In this document: positions 20,439-30,186 of the stretch, piece by piece
How positions within the stretch are numbered: the stretch's first letter is position 1
How the letters are laid out: the number at the start of each line of letters is the position of its first letter
Source of the DNA: Minisyncoccia bacterium
Lineage (GTDB): Bacteria; Patescibacteriota; Minisyncoccia; Phycocordibacterales; Phycocordibacteraceae
Assembly (NCBI GenBank): GCA_038207395.1
Contig: JBBQZW010000003.1
Location: forward strand, 18,131-82,130
Reading direction: 5' to 3'
Length of the DNA: 64,000 nt
Notes under the pieces: generated by a model
The model's input: the letters and a program-made list of their open reading frames with translations, nothing else
Database searches by the model: none
What the model was told of the DNA's origin: nothing
Made by a program: the position numbers and the translations under genes

Positions 20439-22403
20439 ATGAAGCGATACCTCTCACTTATTCTTGCACTCTCATTTCTGAGTACGCCGTTAAGCGCTTT
20501 TGCTGACGAAGCCACTTTATTCCCAGCCGAAACCACGACAGAAGTCATAGTCTCGCTTTCTACCACTTCAGACTCTGCGCTTGTAGCAGTAGAAGAAACA
20601 CCTGGCATTACCATCACCCAAATACTTTCGGATACCACGGTACTCGTCGAAGCTCATTCATCTACAAACGAAGCAATACGGACACTCGAAGACTTGCCCT
20701 TTGTTTCCTTTGCAGAGCCAAATCTTGAGCGTCCTGCGTTTGCCCTTGGTACTAACGACACCTACAGTGATCTGCTATGGAGCCTAGAAAATACAGGACA
20801 AGCAGTTCGAGGAGTAACCGGAACAGCCGGTGCTGATATTCACGCTCTTTCTGCATGGAATCTTTCACTTGGCACGTCTAGTGTTGTTGCTGTTATTGAT
20901 AGCGGTGTCTTATATACTCACCCAGATCTTGCAGCAAATATGTGGGATGGTACGAATTGTGTTTCAGATACTGGCGCCGCTCTTGGTAGCTGTATTCACG
21001 GATATGACTTTGCTGATTCAGATACGGATCCCGCGCCTATAGCGGCATCTTCAACCTACGAACACGGAACGCATGTTTCGGGTACTATTGCAGCGCTAAA
21101 GAATAACGGCATTGGAGGTATTGGTGCAGCCCCGTCGTCTGTAGTAATGGCACTTCGTTTTGATTTTGATACTGCATCAGAAATTAGAGCTATCGATTTT
21201 GCGCGACTGAACGGTGCAAAGATAATTAATGCGAGCTATGGTGGAACACAATTCTCTCAGGCTGAGTACGACGCGATAAAACGCTTCACTGATGCAGGTG
21301 GAATCTTCGTAGCAGCAGCTGGAAACGGGAGCTCAGATAATGACACCTCTCCTATATATCCTGCAGCGTATGATCTGCCAGGCATCATAAGCGTGGCGGC
21401 AACGGACCAGTATGATTCACTCGCATCCTTTTCAAACTATGGTTCGACGACGGTGGACATCAGTGCTCCTGGTACGAACATCGTGAGTACCTATGTAGTA
21501 GGGACCTCTACGTCCGCCTATGCATATGCAGATGGAACGTCCATGTCTGCACCTCATGTTGCTGCGGTTGTAGCTCTTATCAAAAGCGCATTTCCGCTTC
21601 TTTCAGCGACGAGCACTAAGGAGGCCATTCTTTCCGGAGGGGACACGGTTAGCGCACTTACCGGCAAAACCCTAACAGGGAAGAGACTCAACGCATATGG
21701 CTCATTGCTTGCCGCTTCATCTACGGACCTTACGCCTCCCCTAATTACCCTCACAGGATCAAGCACTCTTTCGCTTTTGATAGGAGACGTATATACCGAA
21801 CTCGGCGCAACCGCCTATGACACTCATGACGGCACGACAACCGTAGTTGTTGGAGGAGACACCGCAACAACTTCGACTGCAGCCACGTACCATATTACCT
21901 ATGACTCAGTTGATGCTGCGGGTAACAGAGCAAATCAGGTGATTCGTACTGTAATAGTATCGGCACCCATTATTCCACCTACTCCAGCACCAGCACCTTC
22001 AGGTGGAGGAAGCAGCGGAGGCTCGGGAGGTGGTGGAGGAGGTAGTTCATCCAATGCACCTGCGCCAAAGATCACTCCTACCATTCCTGCTCCCGTATCT
22101 CCAAATGTAGGCCGTCCGGCACTGAAACCAATCCCTGCCGCACCTCTTGGGTATAGTGTCGTATCAGCACCAGTGATTAATACGTACCGCTTTACTCATA
22201 CACTCGCACTCGGCTCAAAAGGAGCAGAAGTAACCGCACTCCAAAAAGCACTTACACATGCGGGTATCTACAAAGGACCGATTACGGCATATTTTGGACC
22301 GCTAACACGAGCGGCTGTTCGTGCATTTCAAACAAAAAATGGGCTTTCGCCTGTCGGATACACGGGTCCTAAAACGCGTGTTCTTCTATCAGCTATCCCC
22401 TAG
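20439..22403 (+). CDS. Secreted S8 subtilase with Ig-like (DUF5011-like) and C-terminal peptidoglycan-binding domains
   Basis: VIDSG, HGTHVSG, AAAGN, GTSMSAPHVA; PLITLTG...GATAYD; EVTALQKAL...YFGPLTRAAV. Confidence 0.92.
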   Translation: MKRYLSLILALSFLSTPLSAFADEATLFPAETTTEVIVSLSTTSDSALVAVEETPGITITQILSDTTVLVEAHSSTNEAIRTLEDLPFVSFAEPNLERPAFALGTNDTYSDLLWSLENTGQAVRGVTGTAGADIHALSAWNLSLGTSSVVAVIDSGVLYTHPDLAANMWDGTNCVSDTGAALGSCIHGYDFADSDTDPAPIAASSTYEHGTHVSGTIAALKNNGIGGIGAAPSSVVMALRFDFDTASEIRAIDFARLNGAKIINASYGGTQFSQAEYDAIKRFTDAGGIFVAAAGNGSSDNDTSPIYPAAYDLPGIISVAATDQYDSLASFSNYGSTTVDISAPGTNIVSTYVVGTSTSAYAYADGTSMSAPHVAAVVALIKSAFPLLSATSTKEAILSGGDTVSALTGKTLTGKRLNAYGSLLAASSTDLTPPLITLTGSSTLSLLIGDVYTELGATAYDTHDGTTTVVVGGDTATTSTAATYHITYDSVDAAGNRANQVIRTVIVSAPIIPPTPAPAPSGGGSSGGSGGGGGGSSSNAPAPKITPTIPAPVSPNVGRPALKPIPAAPLGYSVVSAPVINTYRFTHTLALGSKGAEVTALQKALTHAGIYKGPITAYFGPLTRAAVRAFQTKNGLSPVGYTGPKTRVLLSAIP

Positions 22404-22456
22404 GTATAATTGCCGACTGACACTTTTAAGCGTATAGTCACACACGGTCTTGTTCA

Positions 22457-22777
22457 GTGGACCTAAGTACAAACCAGGGAGTAATGCTAGTGAAATGTGC
22501 TGAAAAAACATCGATTGTGCGTGGTGGTTCTATTGTCGCTTTCGTCCGTAAGGACAGAGGCGATGAAAAGAATACGGTTTGTATCTGCAACCCCCAGAAA
22601 CCCCCGCACAATTTAAGGAATGGATGTCTTCCAATTTCAGGCGCTACGCCGATTGGCAGAGCTATCATGGGGAAAATGCCCGGCGACACAGTTCGCGCCA
22701 AACTCCCTAACGGGAAGACGGCTGAAATCATGATCCTGAGCGTCGAAACTGACATCCCGGACGCTATCGCGTCCTAA
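22457..22777 (+). CDS. GreA/GreB C-terminal-domain-only protein
   Basis: ISGATPIGRAIMGKMPGDTVRAKLPNG matches the GreA C-terminal motif; no N-terminal coiled coil. Confidence 0.65.
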   Translation: MDLSTNQGVMLVKCAEKTSIVRGGSIVAFVRKDRGDEKNTVCICNPQKPPHNLRNGCLPISGATPIGRAIMGKMPGDTVRAKLPNGKTAEIMILSVETDIPDAIAS

Positions 22778-22843
22778 TTTAACGCCTGCCGGGTATTACA
22801 CTCGGCAGGCGTACTCATTTTTATACTGTGATATCGTGTAGAT

Positions 22844-23797
22844 ATGAACTCTAAGCCCCGCCTCCTTTCTGGCATTAAACCAACTGGGGAACTACACCTT
22901 GGGAATTATTTTGGTGCAATGAAACAGCAGGTAGAGCTTTTCCAAAGTGGTGCCTATGACTGCTTTATTATGGTTGCGGACTACCATGCACTTAACTTCA
23001 TTCATGACTCTGCTGAAATGAAGCAGCGTATTTTAGAGCTTGCAGCAGGCTACATGGCAGTGGGTCTGGATCCTGAGAAACTCACCATCTTTAAGCAATC
23101 CTCGGTTTCAGCGCACACGGAGCTCGCATGGATCTTCGACACCATAACAACCATGCCGTACCTTGTGCGCGCCCATGCGTTTAAGGATGCTGAGGCTAAA
23201 GATACAGAGATTAGTGTTGGCACCTTTAATTATCCGATGCTTATGGCAGCAGATATTCTTTTGTACGACACAGCGGTAGTACCTGTTGGTCAGGATCAGA
23301 AACAGCATATTGAATATGCGCGAGATACTGCTGAAAAGTTTAATCGCACCTTTACGGAGACGTTTATACTGCCTGAGCACCATATTCTTGAAAGTGTGGC
23401 TATCGTACCTGGTACTGACGGACGAAAGATGAGTAAGAGCTATGGAAATACCATTCCACTTTTTGCTGACCGAGCAACCATAACCGAACGCGTAATGGGA
23501 ATTGTGACCGACTCTGGGGGTGACCGCCCAGAGAATGTATATGCTATTCACAAACTTCTAAAGAGTGACGCTGAACTTCTTCCCCTGTATGAAGAGCACG
23601 CAGGAAAATACAAGGCACTTAAGGAAGCGCTTATTGAAGACGTGGATACCTTCATCGCGCCGATGCGTGCACGCTATCAGGAACTAATTGCGGCACCTGA
23701 GATGATCGAGGAGGTGTTAGTACGCGGCGGCGAAGCCGCCGCTACGGTCGCAAACGAAAAGATGGAACAGATACGTCGCGCCATCGGTGTTCTTTAG
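22844..23797 (+). CDS. trpS: Tryptophan--tRNA ligase
   Basis: SGIKPTGELHLGNY, YPMLMAADIL, VPVGQDQ, KMSKS. Confidence 0.97.
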   Translation: MNSKPRLLSGIKPTGELHLGNYFGAMKQQVELFQSGAYDCFIMVADYHALNFIHDSAEMKQRILELAAGYMAVGLDPEKLTIFKQSSVSAHTELAWIFDTITTMPYLVRAHAFKDAEAKDTEISVGTFNYPMLMAADILLYDTAVVPVGQDQKQHIEYARDTAEKFNRTFTETFILPEHHILESVAIVPGTDGRKMSKSYGNTIPLFADRATITERVMGIVTDSGGDRPENVYAIHKLLKSDAELLPLYEEHAGKYKALKEALIEDVDTFIAPMRARYQELIAAPEMIEEVLVRGGEAAATVANEKMEQIRRAIGVL

Positions 23798-23840
23798 CAA
23801 GAATATTATTTAGGCGCTTCACGTGATACCGTAGAGACAT

Positions 23841-25208
23841 ATGCAAGAACGAGTACTTATAGGTGAGCTCAGCTCCCACATCGGCGAGACGGTATCAATA
23901 AGCGGTTGGGTCTCTGTACGCCGAGACCAGGGCAAGCTCGTCTTTTTCGATTTTCGTGACCGAACCGGAACCGTTCAGGGAGTAGTCCTTCCTGCAAAAG
24001 AACCAGAGGGAGAAGTGCTCATGGAAACAGCCAAAGACACACGCCAGGAATTCTCTGTGCGCGTAGAAGGGACGATTAATAAACGACCTGAAAAGAATGT
24101 ACAGGAAGGTAAACAAAATGGAGACATTGAGCTCGAGATAAAGGCAATTACAATACTTTCCCGTGCTGAAGAAATGCCCTTTGATAAAGAGGCTAATGAT
24201 CTCAGCCTAGAAGCTCGTTTTGATTACCGCCCATTTACTCTTCGTAGCCAGAGGGATCGTGACATCTTTACGGTACAAGCAACTATAGTTAATGCATTCC
24301 GCACGGCACTCAGTAGCCGTGGATTTATGGACTTCCAAGCTCCGGTTCTAGTAGGAGGAGATGCTGAAGGCGGTTCTGCTGTCTTTGAAATTCCTGACTA
24401 CTATGGAAAGAAAGCATATCTCGCGACATCAGGTCAGCTCTATAAGCAAATTATGGTCGGACCTTTTGAACGGGTCATGACTACAGCTAAGACGTTCCGC
24501 GCAGAAAAAAGCGCAACAACGCGTCATCTTTCTGAAATTACTCAACTTGAGTTCGAGATGGCATTTGTTGAGACCCATGAACCTGTTATGGATATGCTTG
24601 AAACAGTTACGCGTGCAATTTCAGAAACGGTAGCTGATATACACGCAGATATACTTTCGCGTATGGGGACTACACCCGCTCTTCTGCCAAAAGAAGCATA
24701 CCCTCGATTCAGACTTTCAGAAGCTCAGGAAATAATTGAGAAGGAGTTCGGTGGCAAAGCAGTAGGTGAACCAGACCTAGAGCCGGAGCATGAACGCCAG
24801 ATTTGCGAATATGCAAAACGAGTACATGGATCAGACTTTGTATTCATTACTCATTTCCCTAATAAGAAACGTGCGTTTTATACGTATGCTGACCCGGAGA
24901 ATCCTGAATCAACTTTGAGTTTCGACCTACTCTTCCGTGGACTTGAGATAAATAGTGGTTCAAAACGAATCCACAATTATCACGATCTTATTGAAAAGAT
25001 GCATGCACGAGGTATGGATCCTGATAAGTTTTCGTTTTATCTTCAGGCCTTCAAATATGGAATGGCACCTCACGGCGGCTGTTCGACCGGTCTCGAACGC
25101 ATTACAATGCGCATGCTTGAACTAGGAAATGTAAAAGAAGCATCGACGTTCCCTCGAGATATGAACCGCATTGACAATCTACTCTCAGAAAGCGCTCCGG
25201 AAGATTAA
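23841..25208 (+). CDS. aspS: Aspartate--tRNA(Asn) ligase, short archaeal-type, likely non-discriminating
   Basis: OB fold (GWV..RDQGK), AEGG, QLYKQ, FRAEKS.T.RHL.E, GMAPHGG, FPRD. Confidence 0.92.
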   Translation: MQERVLIGELSSHIGETVSISGWVSVRRDQGKLVFFDFRDRTGTVQGVVLPAKEPEGEVLMETAKDTRQEFSVRVEGTINKRPEKNVQEGKQNGDIELEIKAITILSRAEEMPFDKEANDLSLEARFDYRPFTLRSQRDRDIFTVQATIVNAFRTALSSRGFMDFQAPVLVGGDAEGGSAVFEIPDYYGKKAYLATSGQLYKQIMVGPFERVMTTAKTFRAEKSATTRHLSEITQLEFEMAFVETHEPVMDMLETVTRAISETVADIHADILSRMGTTPALLPKEAYPRFRLSEAQEIIEKEFGGKAVGEPDLEPEHERQICEYAKRVHGSDFVFITHFPNKKRAFYTYADPENPESTLSFDLLFRGLEINSGSKRIHNYHDLIEKMHARGMDPDKFSFYLQAFKYGMAPHGGCSTGLERITMRMLELGNVKEASTFPRDMNRIDNLLSESAPED

Positions 25209-25211
25209 ATT

Positions 25212-25964
25212 ATGGATGAGACCCTCTCCATTCAGGATCAACATACGAAAAAATTCACCATCCGCACGGACTCCTTTGAAGGGCCGCTCGAGCTCATCCT
25301 CGAGCTCATCGAAAAACGTAAACTCCTTGTTAATGAGCTTTCTCTTTCTCAAGTCACGGATGATTTCATATCCTATGTAAAGAATGGGGAAAACTTTCCA
25401 ATGGAAGATGCATCGAACTTCATAAACGTTGCAGCCACGCTCCTTCTTATTAAATCCCGTTCATTACTTCCTGATCTCGAGCTTACGCATGAAGAGGAAG
25501 AAGATGTTGAAGATCTAACGCGCCGTCTTGCCTTGTACGAACTAACGCGCACCGCAGCGCGTGATCTTTCAAAACTCTTTGGAAGAAGCGTAATGGTCTC
25601 TCGGGGTGAGCGTGAACCTGAAGTTGTATTTGCTCCATCACGTGACCTTTCACTTGAGAATCTTGAGATGGCACTTCGTACCGTGCTTTCAAGTAAGGAG
25701 AAAGAAGAGAAACTCCCTGAAGTGCGTATTCGTCCACTCGTGTCTATTGAAGAAATGATGGACACCCTCCGCGAACGCGTTGAGCGAGCAATGACCCTTT
25801 CGTTTAAAGAATTCACGGGTAGCAAAACAGAAAAAATAGAAGTTATCGTTTCGTTCCTGGCGCTCCTTGAACTCGTGAAAATGGGAGCAATGGAAGCGGA
25901 GCAATTTGACCGCTGGGGAGATATTAGAATCACCAACACGTCTACAACAGTACCCCGGTACTAG
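25212..25964 (+). CDS. scpA: Segregation and condensation protein A
   Basis: FEGPLELILELI, AATLLLIKSRSLLP, VSFLALLELVK. Confidence 0.94.
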   Translation: MDETLSIQDQHTKKFTIRTDSFEGPLELILELIEKRKLLVNELSLSQVTDDFISYVKNGENFPMEDASNFINVAATLLLIKSRSLLPDLELTHEEEEDVEDLTRRLALYELTRTAARDLSKLFGRSVMVSRGEREPEVVFAPSRDLSLENLEMALRTVLSSKEKEEKLPEVRIRPLVSIEEMMDTLRERVERAMTLSFKEFTGSKTEKIEVIVSFLALLELVKMGAMEAEQFDRWGDIRITNTSTTVPRY

Positions 25965-26006
25965 TGTGGTTTCGAGGGCCATTTTGAGGTATGGTAAAGG
26001 GAATAT

Positions 26007-26573
26007 ATGGCCCTTTCGCTCCCGCACACGCTTGAAGCCTTACTCTTTGCCGCAGGTGAGGCATTGCCTAAAAAACGTATTGCGGTACTCCTTTCCATTC
26101 CTCCAGAAATGCTAACCGCTGCAGTACTTGAGCTAAAGGATGAGCTCAAGTCACGAGGTATTTCACTTATAGAAACGGAGAACGAACTTGAGCTTCGAAC
26201 GAGTCCTGACGCTGCTGTCGTTATAGACGCATTCCGAAAAGGCGAGCTCGCGCGGGATCTAGGAAAAGCTGGTTTGGAAGCCCTGGCTATCATCTTGTAT
26301 CAAAAAGGTGCCACCCGAAGCGAAGTTGACTGGGTGCGCGGGGTAAATTCCACAGCCGCCATTCGCTCACTCCTTTTACGTGGACTTATTGAACGCGAAA
26401 CAGATAGTGATGATAAGCGACGTATAAGGTATACACCCAGCATTGAAGCATACGCACACCTCGGTATCAGTGGCTTTGAAGAGCTTCCTAACGTGCAAGC
26501 CCTTACCGGTATGCTTTCTCAGCATGCCCCGGAACCAGAAACGAGTGGTGCGGTACATCTAGAAAACGAATAA
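26007..26573 (+). CDS. scpB: Segregation and condensation protein B
   Basis: LEALLFA, LEALAIILY, TRSEVDWVRGVNS. Confidence 0.93.
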   Translation: MALSLPHTLEALLFAAGEALPKKRIAVLLSIPPEMLTAAVLELKDELKSRGISLIETENELELRTSPDAAVVIDAFRKGELARDLGKAGLEALAIILYQKGATRSEVDWVRGVNSTAAIRSLLLRGLIERETDSDDKRRIRYTPSIEAYAHLGISGFEELPNVQALTGMLSQHAPEPETSGAVHLENE

Positions 26574-26586
26574 CAATGAAGCGTGT

Positions 26587-27609
26587 ATGGATGACTCTCG
26601 TTTCTTTTCTATGAATCAACTCTGGCAATCACTTGCGTTCTCTGTCGTCATTGGTGGCGTCTTGGTAACCATTACAGGATATGGTCTTTCATTGATCTCA
26701 AAAGATGAGGGTACGCAGGCACGCACCGCTACTACCACGCAGGAAGTACCCACGCTTCCGGCAGCTGCCGTAGAAGCGGTATCAGCGCTTCCGGCAGCTG
26801 CCGTAGAAGCGGTATCAGCGCTTCCGACAGACCCGTTTACTACTCTTTCTCTTTCTGCTCAATCAGCCATAGTCGTTGATCTTTCCAATGGACACACGCT
26901 CTACTCTCAAAACGCTGATGCGCAGCTCCCCCTAGCTTCGCTCACAAAACTACTCACCGTATATGGCGCGCAGCGCGTCCTTTCTGACGCCTCACTCATT
27001 ACAATTTCAAGCACGTCACTTGCGCAAGATGGAGAGTACGGACTCACTGAAGGAGAAACATTTTCATACAAGGATAGCGCACGCCTAGCACTTACCGCCT
27101 CATCTAATGATGTTGCTCAAGCTATCGCTGAAGCTGCTGCTGCAGTTACCGGTCAAACTCCCGCACAGTTCATGCAGGGCGCTATCCGATCCGCAGGACT
27201 CCTTCATACGAAGGCTGCGAACGGAACTGGCCTTGATATCGACATAACAGAGGCGGGAGCATACGGAAGTGCGCGTGACATGGCACAGCTTGCGAATGAA
27301 TTCTATACTTCTGCTCCTGATATTTCTAAGGCAACTACAAAGCGCACGGTGTCGGTCACTTCGAAAGAAGGCGTAGCTCACACGCTTCCAAATACGAATC
27401 CTATAGTGTCATCGCTGACAGGAATTCTTCTTTCAAAGACTGGGTATACTGATCTAGCCGGAGGAAACCTGGTGGTGATCTTTGATGCCGGGATTAATCA
27501 CCCTGTCGCCGTGGTGGTTCTCGGCTCAACACGCGATGCGCGCTTTACGGATGTTACAAAACTTGTCCGCGCAACACGCGCATCACTCAGCACCCAACCT
27601 GCTCCATAG
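26587..27609 (+). CDS. D-alanyl-D-alanine carboxypeptidase (peptidase S11)
   Basis: PLASLTKL (SxxK), SSN, KTGYT motifs. Confidence 0.9.
   Translation: MDDSRFFSMNQLWQSLAFSVVIGGVLVTITGYGLSLISKDEGTQARTATTTQEVPTLPAAAVEAVSALPAAAVEAVSALPTDPFTTLSLSAQSAIVVDLSNGHTLYSQNADAQLPLASLTKLLTVYGAQRVLSDASLITISSTSLAQDGEYGLTEGETFSYKDSARLALTASSNDVAQAIAEAAAAVTGQTPAQFMQGAIRSAGLLHTKAANGTGLDIDITEAGAYGSARDMAQLANEFYTSAPDISKATTKRTVSVTSKEGVAHTLPNTNPIVSSLTGILLSKTGYTDLAGGNLVVIFDAGINHPVAVVVLGSTRDARFTDVTKLVRATRASLSTQPAP
26755..26826 (+). repeat. Perfect 33-bp tandem duplication within the CDS (LPAAAVEAVSA x2)
   Basis: CTTCCGGCAGCTGCCGTAGAAGCGGTATCAGCG at 26755 and 26788, plus a partial third copy. Confidence 0.95.
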
Positions 27610-27621
27610 GTAACTAAACAT

Positions 27622-28686
27622 ATGCTCTACTTTGAAGCCGCGCGCGTATTAATTCCCTTCATTGTCTCATTTTCTGTAGGCATTGTACTTGCACCGGTAC
27701 TTGCACACTATTTGTACAAATATAAGGCGTGGAAAAAGAAGGGAGGGAAAGGAAAGGGAATTGGTGACGGAAACGGCACGCCTCTTTTTGATAGTCTGCA
27801 CAAGGAACGCGAAGTTTCGACGCCGCGGCTTGGCGGTATCCTAGTCTGGACCTCAGTATTTACGACAGCGCTACTCCTTGCACTTCTTAGCTTCTTTATA
27901 GGCGGACCGTATTCTTCCCTAAACCTTGTTGACCGCGGGCAAACCTGGCTTCCGCTCTTTGCGCTTATCGTAGGAGGACTTACCGGACTCGTCGATGATG
28001 TTCTGGAGATTCGCACCTCAGCCGGAGGACTTTCTATGCGGTGGCGTCTGCTTGTGGTGGCCGTCTTCGGTGCGTTTGCCGGATGGTGGTTCTACGCAAA
28101 ACTTGGTGTTTCAAGTATCGGTGTTCCATTCTTTGGTGCTATTCCTCTTGGTGGGTTCTTTATTCTCTTTTTCGTACTTGTAACCCTAACCCTGTATGCC
28201 AGTGGTGTTATTGATGGCATTGATGGTCTGGCGGGTGGCGTCTTCTCCATCATCTTTATGGCGTATGCGGGGATTGCCTTTGCTCAAAACCAAGTCTCGC
28301 TCGCCGCATTCGCTGCCACGGTCTCAGGTGCCACGTTTGCCTTCCTTTGGTTCAACATTCCTCCTGCACGCTTTTATCTTTCGGAAACAGGTTCAATGGC
28401 CTTAACCCTTGCACTTGCCGTTACAGCGTTTTCTGCAGACTCACTTGGAGACGGAGTTGGCGTCTTTGTCCTGCCAATTATTGCGCTCCCCCTCTTTGCC
28501 ACGGTAGTCGGGAATGTACTCCAGGTATTCTGGAAAAAAGTATTTAAACGCAAACTCTTCCGTATTGCTCCTATTCATCATCATTTTGAAGCAATTGGCT
28601 GGCCTGCATATAAAGTAGCGATGCGGTACTGGATTGTAACTATCCTTGCCGGTATCTTTGGCATTGCTATCGCGCTTTTGAAGTAA
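27622..28686 (+). CDS. mraY: Phospho-N-acetylmuramoyl-pentapeptide transferase
   Basis: TPRLGG, GLVDD, DGIDGLAGG, WFNIPPARF, APIHHHFE. Confidence 0.93.
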   Translation: MLYFEAARVLIPFIVSFSVGIVLAPVLAHYLYKYKAWKKKGGKGKGIGDGNGTPLFDSLHKEREVSTPRLGGILVWTSVFTTALLLALLSFFIGGPYSSLNLVDRGQTWLPLFALIVGGLTGLVDDVLEIRTSAGGLSMRWRLLVVAVFGAFAGWWFYAKLGVSSIGVPFFGAIPLGGFFILFFVLVTLTLYASGVIDGIDGLAGGVFSIIFMAYAGIAFAQNQVSLAAFAATVSGATFAFLWFNIPPARFYLSETGSMALTLALAVTAFSADSLGDGVGVFVLPIIALPLFATVVGNVLQVFWKKVFKRKLFRIAPIHHHFEAIGWPAYKVAMRYWIVTILAGIFGIAIALLK

Positions 28687-28708
28687 GTTCTAACCTCACT
28701 CTGCCAGC
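28685..28708 (+). repeat. Degenerate repeat copy / putative left att junction
   Basis: AAGTTCTAAC-CTCACTCT-GCCAGC versus array AAGTTCTAAC-GTCGACCCAGACA-GCCAGC. Confidence 0.7.
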
Positions 28709-30186
28709 ATTTCTGAAAAGGTAGGGTTTTGAGGTGCTAAAGCGAATATGTTGTACGGTGATTTGTATTGTATTTCCTCGATATTTCTATTGAGCAACAT
28801 AGAGTTCGATAGTGCTTCTGAGAGTATTTCTCGCTTTCGGTCAGGAAGTGCTGTCTTGTATTCATCCGCCAAGGAATTACCTTGTTTAAACTTAGAATAG
28901 ATGAGTTCGATAGTTGCGAGAGGGTCATGAGCTTTCTTCTCTAGTTCCTGCATGCGCTTGGTGAGCCGTACACTTTCATTATCAATTTCCTTTAATTTGG
29001 CTCTGTAGAGCTCGGTGTCTATGTCTCCCTCGGTGTAGGTGTCTACAAGCCTAGACTTGCGTGTAGTGAGCAATTTGAGGGCTTTCTGAGTATCTTCCAA
29101 GGCATGGTCTTGAGTACCTTTTGAATGATGTAGTTCTTCGAGCTTCGCTTTATAAACGATATCAATCATGCGCTGGCTAATCTTGAGCTTATTGAGGTCG
29201 AGAGTTATTTGTTTGTGGAGTTCAATTTCATTGGCATTGAATGAACGTTGATCGCAAATGCCTTTACCATTAGTGCAGTGATAGTAGATATATTTCTCTT
29301 TCTTGAGTTCAGCAGTAATGGCACAACCGCATTGAGCGCAGGTCATGAAGCCGGAGAGCGTGAACGAAAGAGTCTTGCCTCGTGGTTTGCTTTTCTTAGC
29401 ACAAACTTCCTGGCACTTCTGAAATAGTTCGGATGAAATAAGTGGCTCATGATTGCCTAGATATTGAATGCCATTTGATTCCATGATGCCGCAGTAGAAG
29501 GAACTAGTGAGGATTTTCTGTATACCAGATTTATATACTTTCTTGCCGGAAGAAGTGCGCAGTCCTTGTTCAAAGAGTGTCGTAGAGATTGATTGATGGC
29601 CGTGGAGCCCTGTAGCGTACATTTCAAATATCTTTTGGACGTAGGGAGCACGTGCAGTGTCTAAGGCAATAGTCTTGTTTACTTTGTCGTTTACATATCC
29701 AAAAGGAGCACGGTTAATCCAGTCGCCTCGCTTTAGTTTTTCTCTATTTCCTCGCTTAACATTTAAACTTTTCTGATCGTTCTCTAGCTTTGCTTGGGAA
29801 CACAACATCATGAGCATGAACTTGCTGTTTGGGTCGTTCTTGAATTCTTGGGAGTACGTTTTGACTGAAAGTAGTTTTCCGCTGTCCATGAGGTCTACAA
29901 GCTTTCCTAAGTCTCCTGCATTACGCGAGAGTCTGTCAGGAGCCCAGGTGAGTATTGAGTTGTACAAGCCAGAATTGATACCAGCTATCATGCGATTGAA
30001 CTCAGGGCGCATGTCAGCTTTCTTTGCTGAGTGAGATTCTCTAATTATCTCTACAACATTCAGTTCATTACGTTCTGCAATACGCTTCATCTCATTTTCC
30101 TGAGCGTCCAAGGACATTATTTGTCGCTCCTCGCTTTCTGAGGACTTACGAATGTATAAGACATAGTTTTCCATAGATAGGCGCAT
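28696..30186 (-). CDS. Large serine recombinase (resolvase + recombinase + zinc ribbon + coiled coil)
   Basis: YIRKSSE..RQ..SL..Q, DRLSR, APFGY, CAQCG...YYHC...C. Confidence 0.95.
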   Translation of the reverse strand: MRLSMENYVLYIRKSSESEERQIMSLDAQENEMKRIAERNELNVVEIIRESHSAKKADMRPEFNRMIAGINSGLYNSILTWAPDRLSRNAGDLGKLVDLMDSGKLLSVKTYSQEFKNDPNSKFMLMMLCSQAKLENDQKSLNVKRGNREKLKRGDWINRAPFGYVNDKVNKTIALDTARAPYVQKIFEMYATGLHGHQSISTTLFEQGLRTSSGKKVYKSGIQKILTSSFYCGIMESNGIQYLGNHEPLISSELFQKCQEVCAKKSKPRGKTLSFTLSGFMTCAQCGCAITAELKKEKYIYYHCTNGKGICDQRSFNANEIELHKQITLDLNKLKISQRMIDIVYKAKLEELHHSKGTQDHALEDTQKALKLLTTRKSRLVDTYTEGDIDTELYRAKLKEIDNESVRLTKRMQELEKKAHDPLATIELIYSKFKQGNSLADEYKTALPDRKREILSEALSNSMLLNRNIEEIQYKSPYNIFALAPQNPTFSEMLAE

